Numbered from the stretch's first letter, positions 28,161 through 38,039 are shown. The stretch is 47,655 nt of DNA from an archaeon (GCA_043814055.1 JBDRKL010000013.1:1-47655); one strand, 5' to 3'. The notes: a model not told the origin generated them from the sequence alone. Program-made: numbers and translations.

Positions 28161-29722
28161 ACCTAATCAAGCAACCGAGAATAATCATACTTCTCTTATT
28201 CGTGATTCTCTCAATCCTCTCAATCCCAACATTCAACGACGAGGGCGTGCAGATATCATACGTGCTTCCTGAGTCCCCTTTCTACGGCCAGCTAACCGAA
28301 GGCCAGGTGATAACCTCGCTCAATAGCCACCCTGTCCAAAACCTTGAGGAATACGCAGCAGAGGTTGCGAAAATTCCAACAGACCAGTCCCTTGCAATAG
28401 AAGCCAATGGAAAGACCTACAGAGAAATCGTGCAGGCAGACAAGACGGACCGCAACGCGGCTTATCTAGGAATTCACGTAACAACCCCTGCAACGAGCAA
28501 CATAAATCTTGGCCTGGACCTGCAGGGCGGCGCGCGTGTAATACTCAACCCAATCCCGGCAGACGGGGTTGAAATGACCGACGAGCTCTTTGACACCACA
28601 ATGAGCGTTCTGATGACGCGAATGAACATGTACGGCCTCAAAAACGTTTACATTCGCAAGGTAAAAGATGTTGACGGCAACACTTTCATGGAAGTTGAAA
28701 TGGCTGGAGAGGGCTCTGAGCAAGTGGTTGGCATAGTGAAAAGCATAGGCAAGTTTGAGCTCCGCATTCTGAACGAAACAATCCTTGGCGGGGATGCAAT
28801 AGTGCGCCAATCAATAGGCGAGCCAACAATTGACTCGCAATCCGGTTCGTACGAAGTTCCATTCACGCTCACCGCTGGCGCAGCAAAAGACCTCCAGCAG
28901 GGGTATGCAAAAGTCGCGCCGCGCAACCCAACAACATGCTCCCAGGACACGGACTGCGACGAGTCATACGCATGCTCGTCCGGCATCGGTTCTGGAATGT
29001 GCCTGCCGCAAATTCAAATGTATCTTGACGACAGGGAAACCTTCTCAGCTCCTCCGCACCAGTCACTCCACCAGACCTGGCTCGCCGGCGAGAACTACAA
29101 AAACCTCAGGATAACCACAGGCACAATAGAGCAGGCTCAGGAAGTCTACGTAGTTCTCAAGGCAGGCCAGCTACCTGGAGAGCTCAAGGAGCTTGAAGTG
29201 CTCTCGCAGGACTATGTTGACCCAAAGCTCGGCGAAGAATTTTTGCAGGGCGCAATCTTTGCAGCCATTGCAGCCCTCGTCGCAGTAAGCCTTGTAGTTT
29301 CAATTAGATACCGCAAGCTCAAGGTTCTCCTTCCAATAATCTTCATGGACATCTGCGAGATTATCATAATCATCGGCCTTGCGTCAATGATACACTGGTC
29401 AATTGACCTGCCTGCAATAGCCGGTATCATAATGGTGCTCGGCATTGCGGTTGACCAGCAAATAGTCATAACTGACGAAGTGTTCAGCGGTAAGAGCGCA
29501 AAGTGGAGCGTGAAGCATCAGGTCAAGGGAGCTTACAAAATCGTTATAATCGCAGCATCAACCACAATCGCAGCAATGTTCTCCCTCCTATTGCCAATGT
29601 TCACAGGGCTTCACATGCTTAGGGGCTTCGCAATAGTCACAATCCTCGGCGTTTTGATTGGATTGTTCATAACCCGCCCTGCGTTCGCGAAGATGGCTGA
29701 GATGTTGTTCGGGGAAGAGTAA
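28142..29722 (+). CDS. secD: Protein translocase subunit SecD (with PDZ-like domain and Cys-rich insert)
   Basis: LGLDLQGG, VLKAGQLP, IDLPAIAGII..GIAVDQQIVITDE, LRGFAIVT. Confidence 0.93.
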   Translation: MASKTINLIKQPRIIILLLFVILSILSIPTFNDEGVQISYVLPESPFYGQLTEGQVITSLNSHPVQNLEEYAAEVAKIPTDQSLAIEANGKTYREIVQADKTDRNAAYLGIHVTTPATSNINLGLDLQGGARVILNPIPADGVEMTDELFDTTMSVLMTRMNMYGLKNVYIRKVKDVDGNTFMEVEMAGEGSEQVVGIVKSIGKFELRILNETILGGDAIVRQSIGEPTIDSQSGSYEVPFTLTAGAAKDLQQGYAKVAPRNPTTCSQDTDCDESYACSSGIGSGMCLPQIQMYLDDRETFSAPPHQSLHQTWLAGENYKNLRITTGTIEQAQEVYVVLKAGQLPGELKELEVLSQDYVDPKLGEEFLQGAIFAAIAALVAVSLVVSIRYRKLKVLLPIIFMDICEIIIIIGLASMIHWSIDLPAIAGIIMVLGIAVDQQIVITDEVFSGKSAKWSVKHQVKGAYKIVIIAASTTIAAMFSLLLPMFTGLHMLRGFAIVTILGVLIGLFITRPAFAKMAEMLFGEE

Positions 29723-29723
29723 A

Positions 29724-30203
29724 TCACTGCGCACTTCTCAAAACCATTTCTGCCTTAGCCTTAATCCTATACAGTAAAACCCCGGAAACTGGGGATTCAG
29801 TTGTTCCATATTCATCAAACCCGAGCTTTTTGTAAAACGCTCTTGCCCGAGCATCAATGCCGCTCACCTCAGAATAAATAATATTAGCGCCATCATCCAC
29901 TGCATGCTCGGCAACTTTCCTCATCAGCTTCTTTCCAATGCCTTTCCCAGTTTCAATGGTGCCTATGAAATTTATTTTAACCCTTTTCGGCCTGATCCTG
30001 CCCCATCCATGGACGCGGAAAACCACAAGGCCTGTAATCTTTCCATCACTTTTATACACGAAGCATTTGTGCCGCCTGAGCATTTTCCTAACGAGCTCTT
30101 CAGGCATGTTACCTGGTGGTTTTTCCAGCTTCGCTGCCCGAACATAGACACCAGCCGCTTCCTCCAAATTCTCTCCCAAAAGAAATTCTATGCAGTCTAC
30201 CAT
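29724..30203 (-). CDS. GNAT family N-acetyltransferase
   Basis: [22 protein letters not shown]. Confidence 0.85.
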   Translation of the reverse strand: MVDCIEFLLGENLEEAAGVYVRAAKLEKPPGNMPEELVRKMLRRHKCFVYKSDGKITGLVVFRVHGWGRIRPKRVKINFIGTIETGKGIGKKLMRKVAEHAVDDGANIIYSEVSGIDARARAFYKKLGFDEYGTTESPVSGVLLYRIKAKAEMVLRSAQ

Positions 30204-30205
30204 AC

Positions 30206-30393
30206 CAATACTGTATACACAACCATATATAAAAAAACCGCCTATGAATCTCTATATGACCCTAACCCCAGCCCAAGGCAAATTCCTCTTCAGGGGCTTC
30301 ACAATAGTCACAATCCTCGGCGTCTTGATTGGATTGTTCATAACCCGACCAGCATTCGCGAAGATGGCTGAAGTTTTCTTAGGGGAAGAGTAA
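30206..30393 (+). repeat. Duplication junction: AMMECR1 promoter and 5' end fused in frame to the last 102 bp of secD (chimeric 49-codon ORF 30244-30393)
   Basis: 30240-30280 identical to 31813-31853; 30292-30393 similar to 29621-29722. Confidence 0.88.
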
Positions 30394-30397
30394 ACTT

Positions 30398-31213
30398 TTA
30401 CCAGTACGTCCTACAGAAATAGTCGGTTCTAAACCTTTTTATATCGCGGTTTTTTTCATAATTTAGAATATCCACTATTGGTAGCAATCCTTTGGAACCT
30501 TTCTCCCTTCTTTTCACTACAAGATTCGCTAAGTTCAGCATAAATTTGTTAAAGTCCTCTGGCATAGCAAAAACTTGTATAACCACAAAATATAGCCGGT
30601 CTTCATGTGGCTTGTCAAATAATTTCTTCCCTTTTATTTTACTATCTTTAGACAGTCCCTGCATCAGTTTCTTCTTAATCTCTTTCAGGTCTTCAAGATT
30701 CTTGACAGAGCTCATATAGAAAACAAGGCGGGTGGGGTCGTCATGGTCGAGAAGGGCTTCTCTGCTACTTATATACGTAGTGTCCATTGCGAACCTATAG
30801 CTGCCGTTTTTCATTTTAAGTGGCTCTCTCCTGTGCTTGCTCCACTTAAAGTCCATTTCATTTGACTTGTTGTACTTCAAAATACCAACTCTTGGCCACA
30901 GTTTGCTAGTGTCACCCCCACGTCTATCGTCTAGAAGTTCTGCTAGGTTTAGCATAAATCTTTGAAAATCATATATTGGAGCGTGGATTTCTATGACTGC
31001 ATAATATATCTCGTCCCCGTATTTTTTCTTAAACAGCTGCTTTCCTCTTATTTTACTCTCTTTTGACAGCCCTCTCATTAGCCTCTCCGTAATCCCTTCT
31101 AAATCCTTGGACCCTCTGACAGAACTCATATAGAAAACAAGGCGCCTATACCACGGAAATACAAGACCTTCCCTAGTTTCGTCAATAATGCCAAGGGAGC
31201 AATCTATGGTCAT
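30398..31213 (-). CDS. Hypothetical protein made of two tandem homologous domains
   Basis: RLVFYMSSV..LM.GLSK.SKI.GK.LF.K..FMLNLA..IL.Y.K occurs twice. Confidence 0.8.
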   Translation of the reverse strand: MTIDCSLGIIDETREGLVFPWYRRLVFYMSSVRGSKDLEGITERLMRGLSKESKIRGKQLFKKKYGDEIYYAVIEIHAPIYDFQRFMLNLAELLDDRRGGDTSKLWPRVGILKYNKSNEMDFKWSKHRREPLKMKNGSYRFAMDTTYISSREALLDHDDPTRLVFYMSSVKNLEDLKEIKKKLMQGLSKDSKIKGKKLFDKPHEDRLYFVVIQVFAMPEDFNKFMLNLANLVVKRREKGSKGLLPIVDILNYEKNRDIKRFRTDYFCRTYW

Positions 31214-31245
31214 AATTTACTTAAGATTCTCTTCATATATATATC

Positions 31246-31289
31246 TCGCGAAGATGGCTGAAGTTTTCCTTGGGGAAGAGTAAATCACT
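31246..31289 (+). repeat. Third copy of the secD 3' end
   Basis: tcgcgaagatggctgaagttttccttggggaagagtaaatcact ([11 protein letters not shown]). Confidence 0.88.
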
Positions 31290-31776
31290 TAACTCTACAT
31301 ATTTTGTTAAAAACTTCTTGAGTTCTAGCTCGAATCTTGTAAATTCGCGTCCCAAGAATTTCAGACTCTCGTGTTTCATATTCTTCAAAACCGTATTTTT
31401 TAAAAAAAGCCCGTGCACCCATATCAATGCTACTGACCTCTGAATAAATCATTTTCACATTCGCCTCAAAGGCATATATTACAAGATTCTGCAATAGGAT
31501 TTTTCCATTATATCCACCCCTATCCAAAGTACCTATGAAGTGTAGCATAATATGCTTGTGAACTAATCCTTCAACATTGAAAACAACCAGACCGCGTATT
31601 CCTCTCTCCCCTCGCTTTAAGACACGGCACTTTGCTTTCTTAAACTCATCCCCAAGCGTGTCTTTTCGCGAAAAGCTGTTTGTCGGAGTCTGAAACCTCC
31701 TGCACTCTGCATAAACCTTAGTTGCCTCTTCCCAATCTTCTTCCTGAAGTTCTTCCACCCGAATTCCTTCTCCCAT
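31285..31776 (-). CDS. GNAT family N-acetyltransferase (paralog of 29724-30203)
   Basis: GLVVF, FIGT, IYSEVS.ID..ARAF.KK.GF.EY shared with the first GNAT. Confidence 0.85.
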   Translation of the reverse strand: MGEGIRVEELQEEDWEEATKVYAECRRFQTPTNSFSRKDTLGDEFKKAKCRVLKRGERGIRGLVVFNVEGLVHKHIMLHFIGTLDRGGYNGKILLQNLVIYAFEANVKMIYSEVSSIDMGARAFFKKYGFEEYETRESEILGTRIYKIRARTQEVFNKICRVK

Positions 31777-31816
31777 ACAATACTGTAGGGGGCAATGATA
31801 TATAAAAAAAGCGCCT

Positions 31817-32392
31817 ATGAATCTCTATATGACCCTAACCCCAGCCCAAGGCACTTTCTTGCTTCAAATAGCCCGCAGCACAATTGACTCCTTCCTGAGC
31901 GGAGTGAAACCATCGAAGCCGAAATCCTACGACAAGGAATTCGACAAAAAATACGGAGTCTTCGTAACACTCAACAAAAACGAAGAGCTCCGCGGCTGCA
32001 TCGGATACCCAGAGCCAATAAAACCCCTCATCGAAGCAGTAATGGACTCAGCAATAAACGCAGCCACCCAGGACCCGCGCTTCCCCCCGGTAACCCCAGA
32101 CGAACTTCCCGAACTAAAAATCGAAATCACAATCCTAACCCCGCCAAAGCTCATAAAAGTAAGGAACCCGGTCCAGTACCGTCATGAAATCCAACTCGGC
32201 GTGGACGGCCTCATCGTGGAGCGCGGCATGAACCGCGGACTTCTGCTCCCGCAGGTCGCGGCGGAGTGGAGGTGGGGCGAGGAGCAATTCCTCGAGCACA
32301 CCTGCCTCAAGACCGGCCTCCCCGCTGACGCGTGGGAAGACAAGGAAACAAAAGTGTACAAGTTTCAGGGCCAAATTTTCAAAGAAAGCTAA
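31817..32392 (+). CDS. AMMECR1 domain protein (start may be ATG 31829)
   Basis: GVFVTL, LRGCIG, DPRFPP, GLLLPQV, FLEHTCLKTGL. Confidence 0.93.
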   Translation: MNLYMTLTPAQGTFLLQIARSTIDSFLSGVKPSKPKSYDKEFDKKYGVFVTLNKNEELRGCIGYPEPIKPLIEAVMDSAINAATQDPRFPPVTPDELPELKIEITILTPPKLIKVRNPVQYRHEIQLGVDGLIVERGMNRGLLLPQVAAEWRWGEEQFLEHTCLKTGLPADAWEDKETKVYKFQGQIFKES

Positions 32393-32423
32393 GTTTTTAT
32401 AGAAGAGATGACAAAAATATAGT

Positions 32424-33905
32424 ATGGGCACGGCAGACATCTCAGAAGTATTGAGAACAGCTTTAAAGAGTGACAACGTAGCACTGCGCAGGTTCCACAC
32501 AAAACTTCTCGCAGGCATGGTGGAGGACTACCCTAAAGAGATTTTAGAGGATTTAGACGCTTTGCTGATTGCAGTTTCAGACGAAGATGAAACGGTTCGC
32601 AAAAACATTGTAAAAATACTTACTGGCCTTGCAGAGAAGAATCGAGATAAAATCTCAGATGCTCTGAAACTTAAGTTGAACAGCAAAGATGAAAAGGAAC
32701 GCATATTCACGTCAGAGACAATTGTTGCTATTTCAAAAACGGGTCCGCTTATAGTTTTTGATAGTATTTTAATAAGTGCACTTGAAAAAGAGGATTCTGG
32801 AGAAGTGCGTGTAAACATTACAAAGGCATTGAGGTACTATGTATCAAGGCGTAGGAGTTCAGATAAACACTTAATTAAGCCCGGCTTGAAATTAATGCAA
32901 GACCCAGATGTGCGCGTGCGCAGAAATGCCCCGATGATCATTGCTTATGTTCGCGATTTTGAAATACTCAAAGCACTGTCAGATGGAATAAATGATGGCG
33001 ACAAAGAAGTGAGCGAGAACTGTATAACTGGTCTTCAAACTTTTATGGACAATAGTAGAGATAAGTATGGACCTCTCCACCCCTCCGAGATTGAATTTAA
33101 GCTTTTAAAACCCGTAATACCTGCTCTAACTAAATTGGCGAAAGGCAAAATAAATGAAGACACATGGGGGTCAATCCAAAGCGCTTCTAGAATTCTTTTC
33201 CTCCATGCAAATCACAAAGTCCCCTCCTTCTCACCTCTTGCGAGGTCTCCGAGAGCTGCGAAAATTGATGAAACGGACAAGCATTTCCTTGACAGATACA
33301 TTCTGTGGGCTGTGACAGCATTAATACGCATAGCTGAGATTGAGTTCAAAAAAATATCCAAGCTTGGTTGGCCTTCTGACCAGGAGTTTTATGAAGAAAA
33401 GTGTTTTGCTTTTAAAGCATTGTCCTACATCGCATGGGACTATCCAGACGAATGCGTAAAGGCTGGCGCAGGACCTATCTTTGTGACCGGTTTTGGGAGT
33501 GACATCACGAGGGGTTTGGCAATGAATGTAGGACTCCCCGGACAACCTAAGGACTACGATATTCCTCATCACCTATCTGACAACGTCCTCAAACGCATGA
33601 TAAAAAACAATCCTAGAGAGATTATAGAGCTTTTGACACCAACACTAAAATCCAAGGAGACCTGCATTCCTGCTTTTTATCGAATGCATGACGCCATAGA
33701 ACGACACCCAGAGGCGGCAAAATATCTTCCTGTAAAGGAGTTGGCAGCTATCGTGGATGAAAAGAAAGTGGGTTCAGAGCATTGGGGTATTATAGACGAT
33801 TTGTTCATAGGCGCCAAACAGCAGGGCGTAGAACTGGGGTCGAATATTGAGACAACTTGGAACAAAGCAAGACAAGGGTACATCAAGTGGCGTGACAAAA
33901 AATGA
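32424..33905 (+). CDS. HEAT-repeat protein
   Basis: DEDETVRKN, EDSGEVRVN, DPDVRVRRNA, DGDKEVSEN repeats; codon usage differs from flanks. Confidence 0.8.
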   Translation: MGTADISEVLRTALKSDNVALRRFHTKLLAGMVEDYPKEILEDLDALLIAVSDEDETVRKNIVKILTGLAEKNRDKISDALKLKLNSKDEKERIFTSETIVAISKTGPLIVFDSILISALEKEDSGEVRVNITKALRYYVSRRRSSDKHLIKPGLKLMQDPDVRVRRNAPMIIAYVRDFEILKALSDGINDGDKEVSENCITGLQTFMDNSRDKYGPLHPSEIEFKLLKPVIPALTKLAKGKINEDTWGSIQSASRILFLHANHKVPSFSPLARSPRAAKIDETDKHFLDRYILWAVTALIRIAEIEFKKISKLGWPSDQEFYEEKCFAFKALSYIAWDYPDECVKAGAGPIFVTGFGSDITRGLAMNVGLPGQPKDYDIPHHLSDNVLKRMIKNNPREIIELLTPTLKSKETCIPAFYRMHDAIERHPEAAKYLPVKELAAIVDEKKVGSEHWGIIDDLFIGAKQQGVELGSNIETTWNKARQGYIKWRDKK

Positions 33906-33913
33906 TCTTATAA

Positions 33914-33958
33914 GACGCGAAGATTTACCGCTTTGAGGGCCAAATTTTCAAAGAGTAA
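33914..33958 (+). pseudogene. Relic second 3' end of the AMMECR1 gene
   Basis: Reads DAKIYRFEGQIFKE* vs ETKVYKFQGQIFKES*; 19-nt identity 33936-33954 = 32367-32385. Confidence 0.8.
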
Positions 33959-33997
33959 CCTATTTAACCCTTCCTGATAATTTTATGCTGGGGAGAA

Positions 33998-34933
33998 ATG
34001 GCTGACACATCTAATTCAAAACTTGACCTAGTTACAATAGGCAACGTTTCTATAGACACTATCAAAATAGAGGGCTCGCGCACCTACACAAGGCCAGGCG
34101 GTTCAGCCGCAGCGGTCTCAACCTCTGCCGCCGCCTGCGGCCTCAGGACTGGAATTTTCTCCCGCGTTGGCAGGGACTTCAAGAAGACCTGGCTCAACGA
34201 GCTCCGCCTCCACGGCGTTGACACTTCAGGAATAATAACAAGAAAATCCTCGCCGCGTTTTGAGCTCCACTACAACTCCAAGGGCGACCTCCTTAACTTC
34301 AACGAGATTTTCAACTCAGAGGACAATCTCACGCACAGCGACATTCCAAGCCATTACCTCAGGACTCAGCACATCCACCTCTCCGCAGCGCATCCAAAGA
34401 CGCAGATGAAATACCTCTCCTACAAGTCACTCAAGAATGCAACAATCTCAGTCGCGCTCTGGCCAGCGTACGAGTCAGAGTACGACGGCACGTTCGTTAA
34501 AATGCTCAAGAATGTGCACGTGCTCTTCTGCAACAACCACGAGGCAAAAATGCTCGCGCACGAGGATAACATCTACGACGCAGTAAAGAAAATAAAAGGT
34601 CCGGATGTCATCGTTCTCACAAAGGGCTCAAAGGGCTCTGCAATCTACCACAATGGAAAGTTCCACCTATTCCCAGCCCCGCGAACATCTACAATAGATC
34701 GCACTGGCTGCGGCGACAGCTTTGCCGGCGGGTTCCTTGCCGAGTACCTGCAGAGCGGCAACGTGGAGAAAGCCGGCTGGACAGGGGTGACAACAGCCTC
34801 ATTCACGCTGAACAAGATGGGCTCCTGGTTTCCGCGCGAAGTCACGCAGGACAAAATCACGCAAAGAATCTCCCTTGCCAAGAACTACTCAGAAATGAAT
34901 GTCAAGAAAGGAACACTCCTTGATTTTCTCTAG
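33998..34933 (+). CDS. PfkB family carbohydrate/nucleoside kinase
   Basis: PGGSA, RVGRD, NNHEA, TKGSKG, DRTGCGDSFAGGF. Confidence 0.92.
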   Translation: MADTSNSKLDLVTIGNVSIDTIKIEGSRTYTRPGGSAAAVSTSAAACGLRTGIFSRVGRDFKKTWLNELRLHGVDTSGIITRKSSPRFELHYNSKGDLLNFNEIFNSEDNLTHSDIPSHYLRTQHIHLSAAHPKTQMKYLSYKSLKNATISVALWPAYESEYDGTFVKMLKNVHVLFCNNHEAKMLAHEDNIYDAVKKIKGPDVIVLTKGSKGSAIYHNGKFHLFPAPRTSTIDRTGCGDSFAGGFLAEYLQSGNVEKAGWTGVTTASFTLNKMGSWFPREVTQDKITQRISLAKNYSEMNVKKGTLLDFL

Positions 34934-35802
34934 GCGGTCAATAACTTAAGAAACGCCAGTAGCACATCTCCATACCAAAGAGTCACAACTAGAGTTATTG
35001 GGAATACGGGAATAAGCGGAACGCCCCATTTCACGTTAAACTTCCTCGGTAGCTTTCCTGCCTTTACAAGCTTCTTTATCTCAGCAATCTGCTCAAGTGT
35101 CATACCATTCGGGTCTTTCGTTCCAGCAATAACTTTTTTCCCAACCTTGATAGCCACCTCCGGTATGTCAAACTCAACAAGCTGATTAACAGTAACTTCT
35201 CTATACATGCAGTTCTTCTCAACAGCCTTCAGAAATCTTGACATAAACCATAGCAAGGGAATAAAAACCATCCACGAGAGCCAAGTGTAGTACATTCCAA
35301 TAACAATTGAGATAAGAATCAAGGCAAGCCCAATTATTGGCTCGTGCTTGTGCATAGACTTCTTGAAGTCCTTCATCACCTTTGGCTCATTAAGCGCTTT
35401 TTTAACCGCGTAAGCAACCGAGTAGACCACGGTGATTATGAAAAAGTTCATCAAAAGCGTGAGGAAAAACGGCCACGGTCCAATGTTCAGTGGCAAAAAT
35501 CCTAAAGGCAAAACTCCAAATCCAATCCCAAAAGCTGTTATGAGCTTTAGGTCAGCCCCGCCCCACTGCTGTGAGTAAAATAGGACCAGCCCCATCACGA
35601 AGAAAGCTCCGCCAACTCCAAGGCACACGAGAAAAGTGTCAAAGCTTCCAATCACAAAACCCTCAACAACCCTGAGCCCGAGCAGCGCAAATATGAGTCC
35701 GAACGAGACCCAGTTTGAAACCTCGCGGGTCTTAATGTCAGTCCAGGACCCAATCAATGACCCAATCAGCGCAACTCCTGCTATTAAGTATCCAATCATC
35801 AA
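34930..35802 (-). CDS. A24 family prepilin peptidase
   Basis: [27 protein letters not shown]; multi-TM. Confidence 0.88.
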   Translation of the reverse strand: MMIGYLIAGVALIGSLIGSWTDIKTREVSNWVSFGLIFALLGLRVVEGFVIGSFDTFLVCLGVGGAFFVMGLVLFYSQQWGGADLKLITAFGIGFGVLPLGFLPLNIGPWPFFLTLLMNFFIITVVYSVAYAVKKALNEPKVMKDFKKSMHKHEPIIGLALILISIVIGMYYTWLSWMVFIPLLWFMSRFLKAVEKNCMYREVTVNQLVEFDIPEVAIKVGKKVIAGTKDPNGMTLEQIAEIKKLVKAGKLPRKFNVKWGVPLIPVFPITLVVTLWYGDVLLAFLKLLTA

Positions 35803-35852
35803 ATCTCCCTAAATCCCAAATGTATTTAAAATCTCCTTTACAAACTCATCCT

Positions 35853-36053
35853 ATGGCTGAGATACCTCTTGCGGCAATTGAGCGCATAATCAAGAAGGCC
35901 GGCGCAGGCAGAGTTTCTGAGGACGCGAAGGAAAAGCTCCGCGACGTCCTGGAAGAGCACGCGGTGGAAATCGCAACCAAGGCAAACACGCTTGCCCTGC
36001 ACGCAAAGCGCAAGACAGTCAAGAAGGAAGACATACTTCTCGCTCAGAAGTAA
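35853..36053 (+). CDS. Archaeal histone (HMf family)
   Basis: [34 protein letters not shown], 66 aa. Confidence 0.96.
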   Translation: MAEIPLAAIERIIKKAGAGRVSEDAKEKLRDVLEEHAVEIATKANTLALHAKRKTVKKEDILLAQK

Positions 36054-36088
36054 CTTTTTATTAAATAAACACGTGCCTCAAAATTACT

Positions 36089-36574
36089 CTAAACCACTTT
36101 CCCGCCCTGATACTTCCCGTCATACTTCTTAACTCCGCCTTCAACTTTTTCAAAAATAATCTGCCCAACCCTTGCCCCACGCTCAACCTCAAATTCAAAC
36201 TCGCCCTGATTCTTCATACCAAAAGTCAAAGTCCCATTAAAACCAGGGTCAATCAATGCAGTAAAAAGTGAAACCCCGCAACGCTGCAGCGTGCTCCTCT
36301 GCCTCATCCACGCGCACAAATCGCTCGGCATATTAACTTTTTCCATAGTCTCAACCAGCACGTACTCATTGGGTTTTAAAATAATAGTATTCTCAGCAAC
36401 TTCCTCAATCTCCGGGGTCTGCCTGTCATCAACCCCAAGCTTCGCCCCGCTCTTCAACCTGTAAATCTTCCCAATCCTCAAATCAACCCCGCAGCTCTCA
36501 ATGTGCTTCTCTTCAAAGTTCTCAAGCAAACCTTCCTTGCAAAGCTCCAGAATCTTTTCACTTCCTAAAATCAT
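36089..36574 (-). CDS. dcd: dCTP deaminase / trimeric dUTPase family
   Basis: GVDLR, RSTLQRCG, IDPGFNG, RVGQIIF, YDGKYQ. Confidence 0.85.
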   Translation of the reverse strand: MILGSEKILELCKEGLLENFEEKHIESCGVDLRIGKIYRLKSGAKLGVDDRQTPEIEEVAENTIILKPNEYVLVETMEKVNMPSDLCAWMRQRSTLQRCGVSLFTALIDPGFNGTLTFGMKNQGEFEFEVERGARVGQIIFEKVEGGVKKYDGKYQGGKVV

Positions 36575-37959
36575 TTTTTCATCATACTCCTCTCAAACCT
36601 CTCAACAAACTTCTCTATGTCATTACTTGGTATAAATCCTCCGCACGCAACTGAATGGCCCCCACCAAACCCGCCAAATGATTCAGCAGCCACTCTCAAA
36701 GAATTTGCCATATCAATCTTCTGCAGAACAAGAACTCTTGAACACCTTGCAGAAATCTTATAACCTCCACTAGTCATTGAAAATCCAAGCATCGGTTTGT
36801 AAGGGTCTCTATTCTCCCCAGCCAAACTCATCCCTGCCACGGTTCCGATAATATTTGATGCAATCTCTTCCCCTGCGTCAAAATACTGCGCATAGCCCAG
36901 CGGTCCAACCTTAATCCCGTTCTCCTCTACAAAGTTCAAACCCTTTGCAATATTCTGCCTGTGCTTCCTAAGCAGGCTCATCAATGAATCATAATATTTT
37001 CCCCTTTTTCCCTCTGCAATCCTGAGCCCAACCTCAGGCCTGCGGTTCCTTCCTGTCGCGTTCAGGCAGGTTGAGAATTCCGTCACACCCTTCAGCTCAG
37101 TCCTGTCATCCTCCCTCACGTTGGTATAATGGTCCCCAACAAACAGCTCAGGAATATGCGCCATTAATTCAGGCGGCAATTTCTCCATTGCTCTCTGAAT
37201 CAGCTCTGAAGTAATCTTCTGCCTCTCCTCGTGCTTCAAGTCAATCGCAGCTCTCCACAAATCGCCTTCCTTGAGCGGAATATTCAGCGCCTGCAAAAGC
37301 GAAATTGAACCGCTTTCATTATTTGAAATCCCCGGAACAAACGGGTCAGTGAAATATTGCAGTGACTTGTAAACTGGTCTCGTGTGCCTGCCATAGAGCA
37401 ATAAATCAGTTTCCATTTCCAAAACTTTCTCATCAATCGCATCTTTCAAAATTTCAGTGTTAATCCCCTCAAGCTTTCCCCAGAAATTCTGAATGTCTCC
37501 TACTGCGCCAACAATCGCAAGCCCGCTCAGGTCAATATTCTCCTTGTCCATTGCTTTTGCCAGGAAATAGCTCAGCCCTGCGCCCGAAACTTCCCTTGAG
37601 CCATCCAGCCCCTTAAGGCACGGGTTCACGTGCACAAGCCCTTTCCACGCCTCGCCGTGCACCTGGTGGTGGTCAAGAATAATCGTTTTCTCTTTCCTGA
37701 ACTTCTCTGCGAGAACATTCAAATTCCCGGAGCCCAAATCTGTGAAAATATTCAATTCGTCCGGCTCAAGATTCGCAACAGATTTCTTTGAAATGCTTGC
37801 CAGCGGGACAACATTGAAATCCTTCCCTTGCCTCTTCAACGCTTTTGAAATAATCCCGCCCGCGCTCAAGCCATCAGCATCAATATGCGTGACTATCTGG
37901 ATTGACCTGGAATTCTTGACAAGCTGGCAAGCCTCTTCATATTGTTTCTGCATGAACAT
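36571..37959 (-). CDS. DHH/DHHA1 phosphoesterase, archaeal RecJ/Cdc45-like
   Basis: HIDADGL, DLGSG, LDHH, GAVGD, GGGH; start uncertain (37953 or 37959). Confidence 0.9.
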   Translation of the reverse strand: MFMQKQYEEACQLVKNSRSIQIVTHIDADGLSAGGIISKALKRQGKDFNVVPLASISKKSVANLEPDELNIFTDLGSGNLNVLAEKFRKEKTIILDHHQVHGEAWKGLVHVNPCLKGLDGSREVSGAGLSYFLAKAMDKENIDLSGLAIVGAVGDIQNFWGKLEGINTEILKDAIDEKVLEMETDLLLYGRHTRPVYKSLQYFTDPFVPGISNNESGSISLLQALNIPLKEGDLWRAAIDLKHEERQKITSELIQRAMEKLPPELMAHIPELFVGDHYTNVREDDRTELKGVTEFSTCLNATGRNRRPEVGLRIAEGKRGKYYDSLMSLLRKHRQNIAKGLNFVEENGIKVGPLGYAQYFDAGEEIASNIIGTVAGMSLAGENRDPYKPMLGFSMTSGGYKISARCSRVLVLQKIDMANSLRVAAESFGGFGGGHSVACGGFIPSNDIEKFVERFERSMMKK

Positions 37960-38039
37960 GCGGCTTTCTTGAACCCGATTATAATTATACTTTCCCATTG
38001 CAGGCAAACTTAATAAGCAAAGCCAAAGATAAACAAACT

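Noticed and set aside
29621-33958. Prophage or integrase-driven island
   Set aside because: No integrase, transposase or viral hallmark genes; reported instead as a terminus-anchored array
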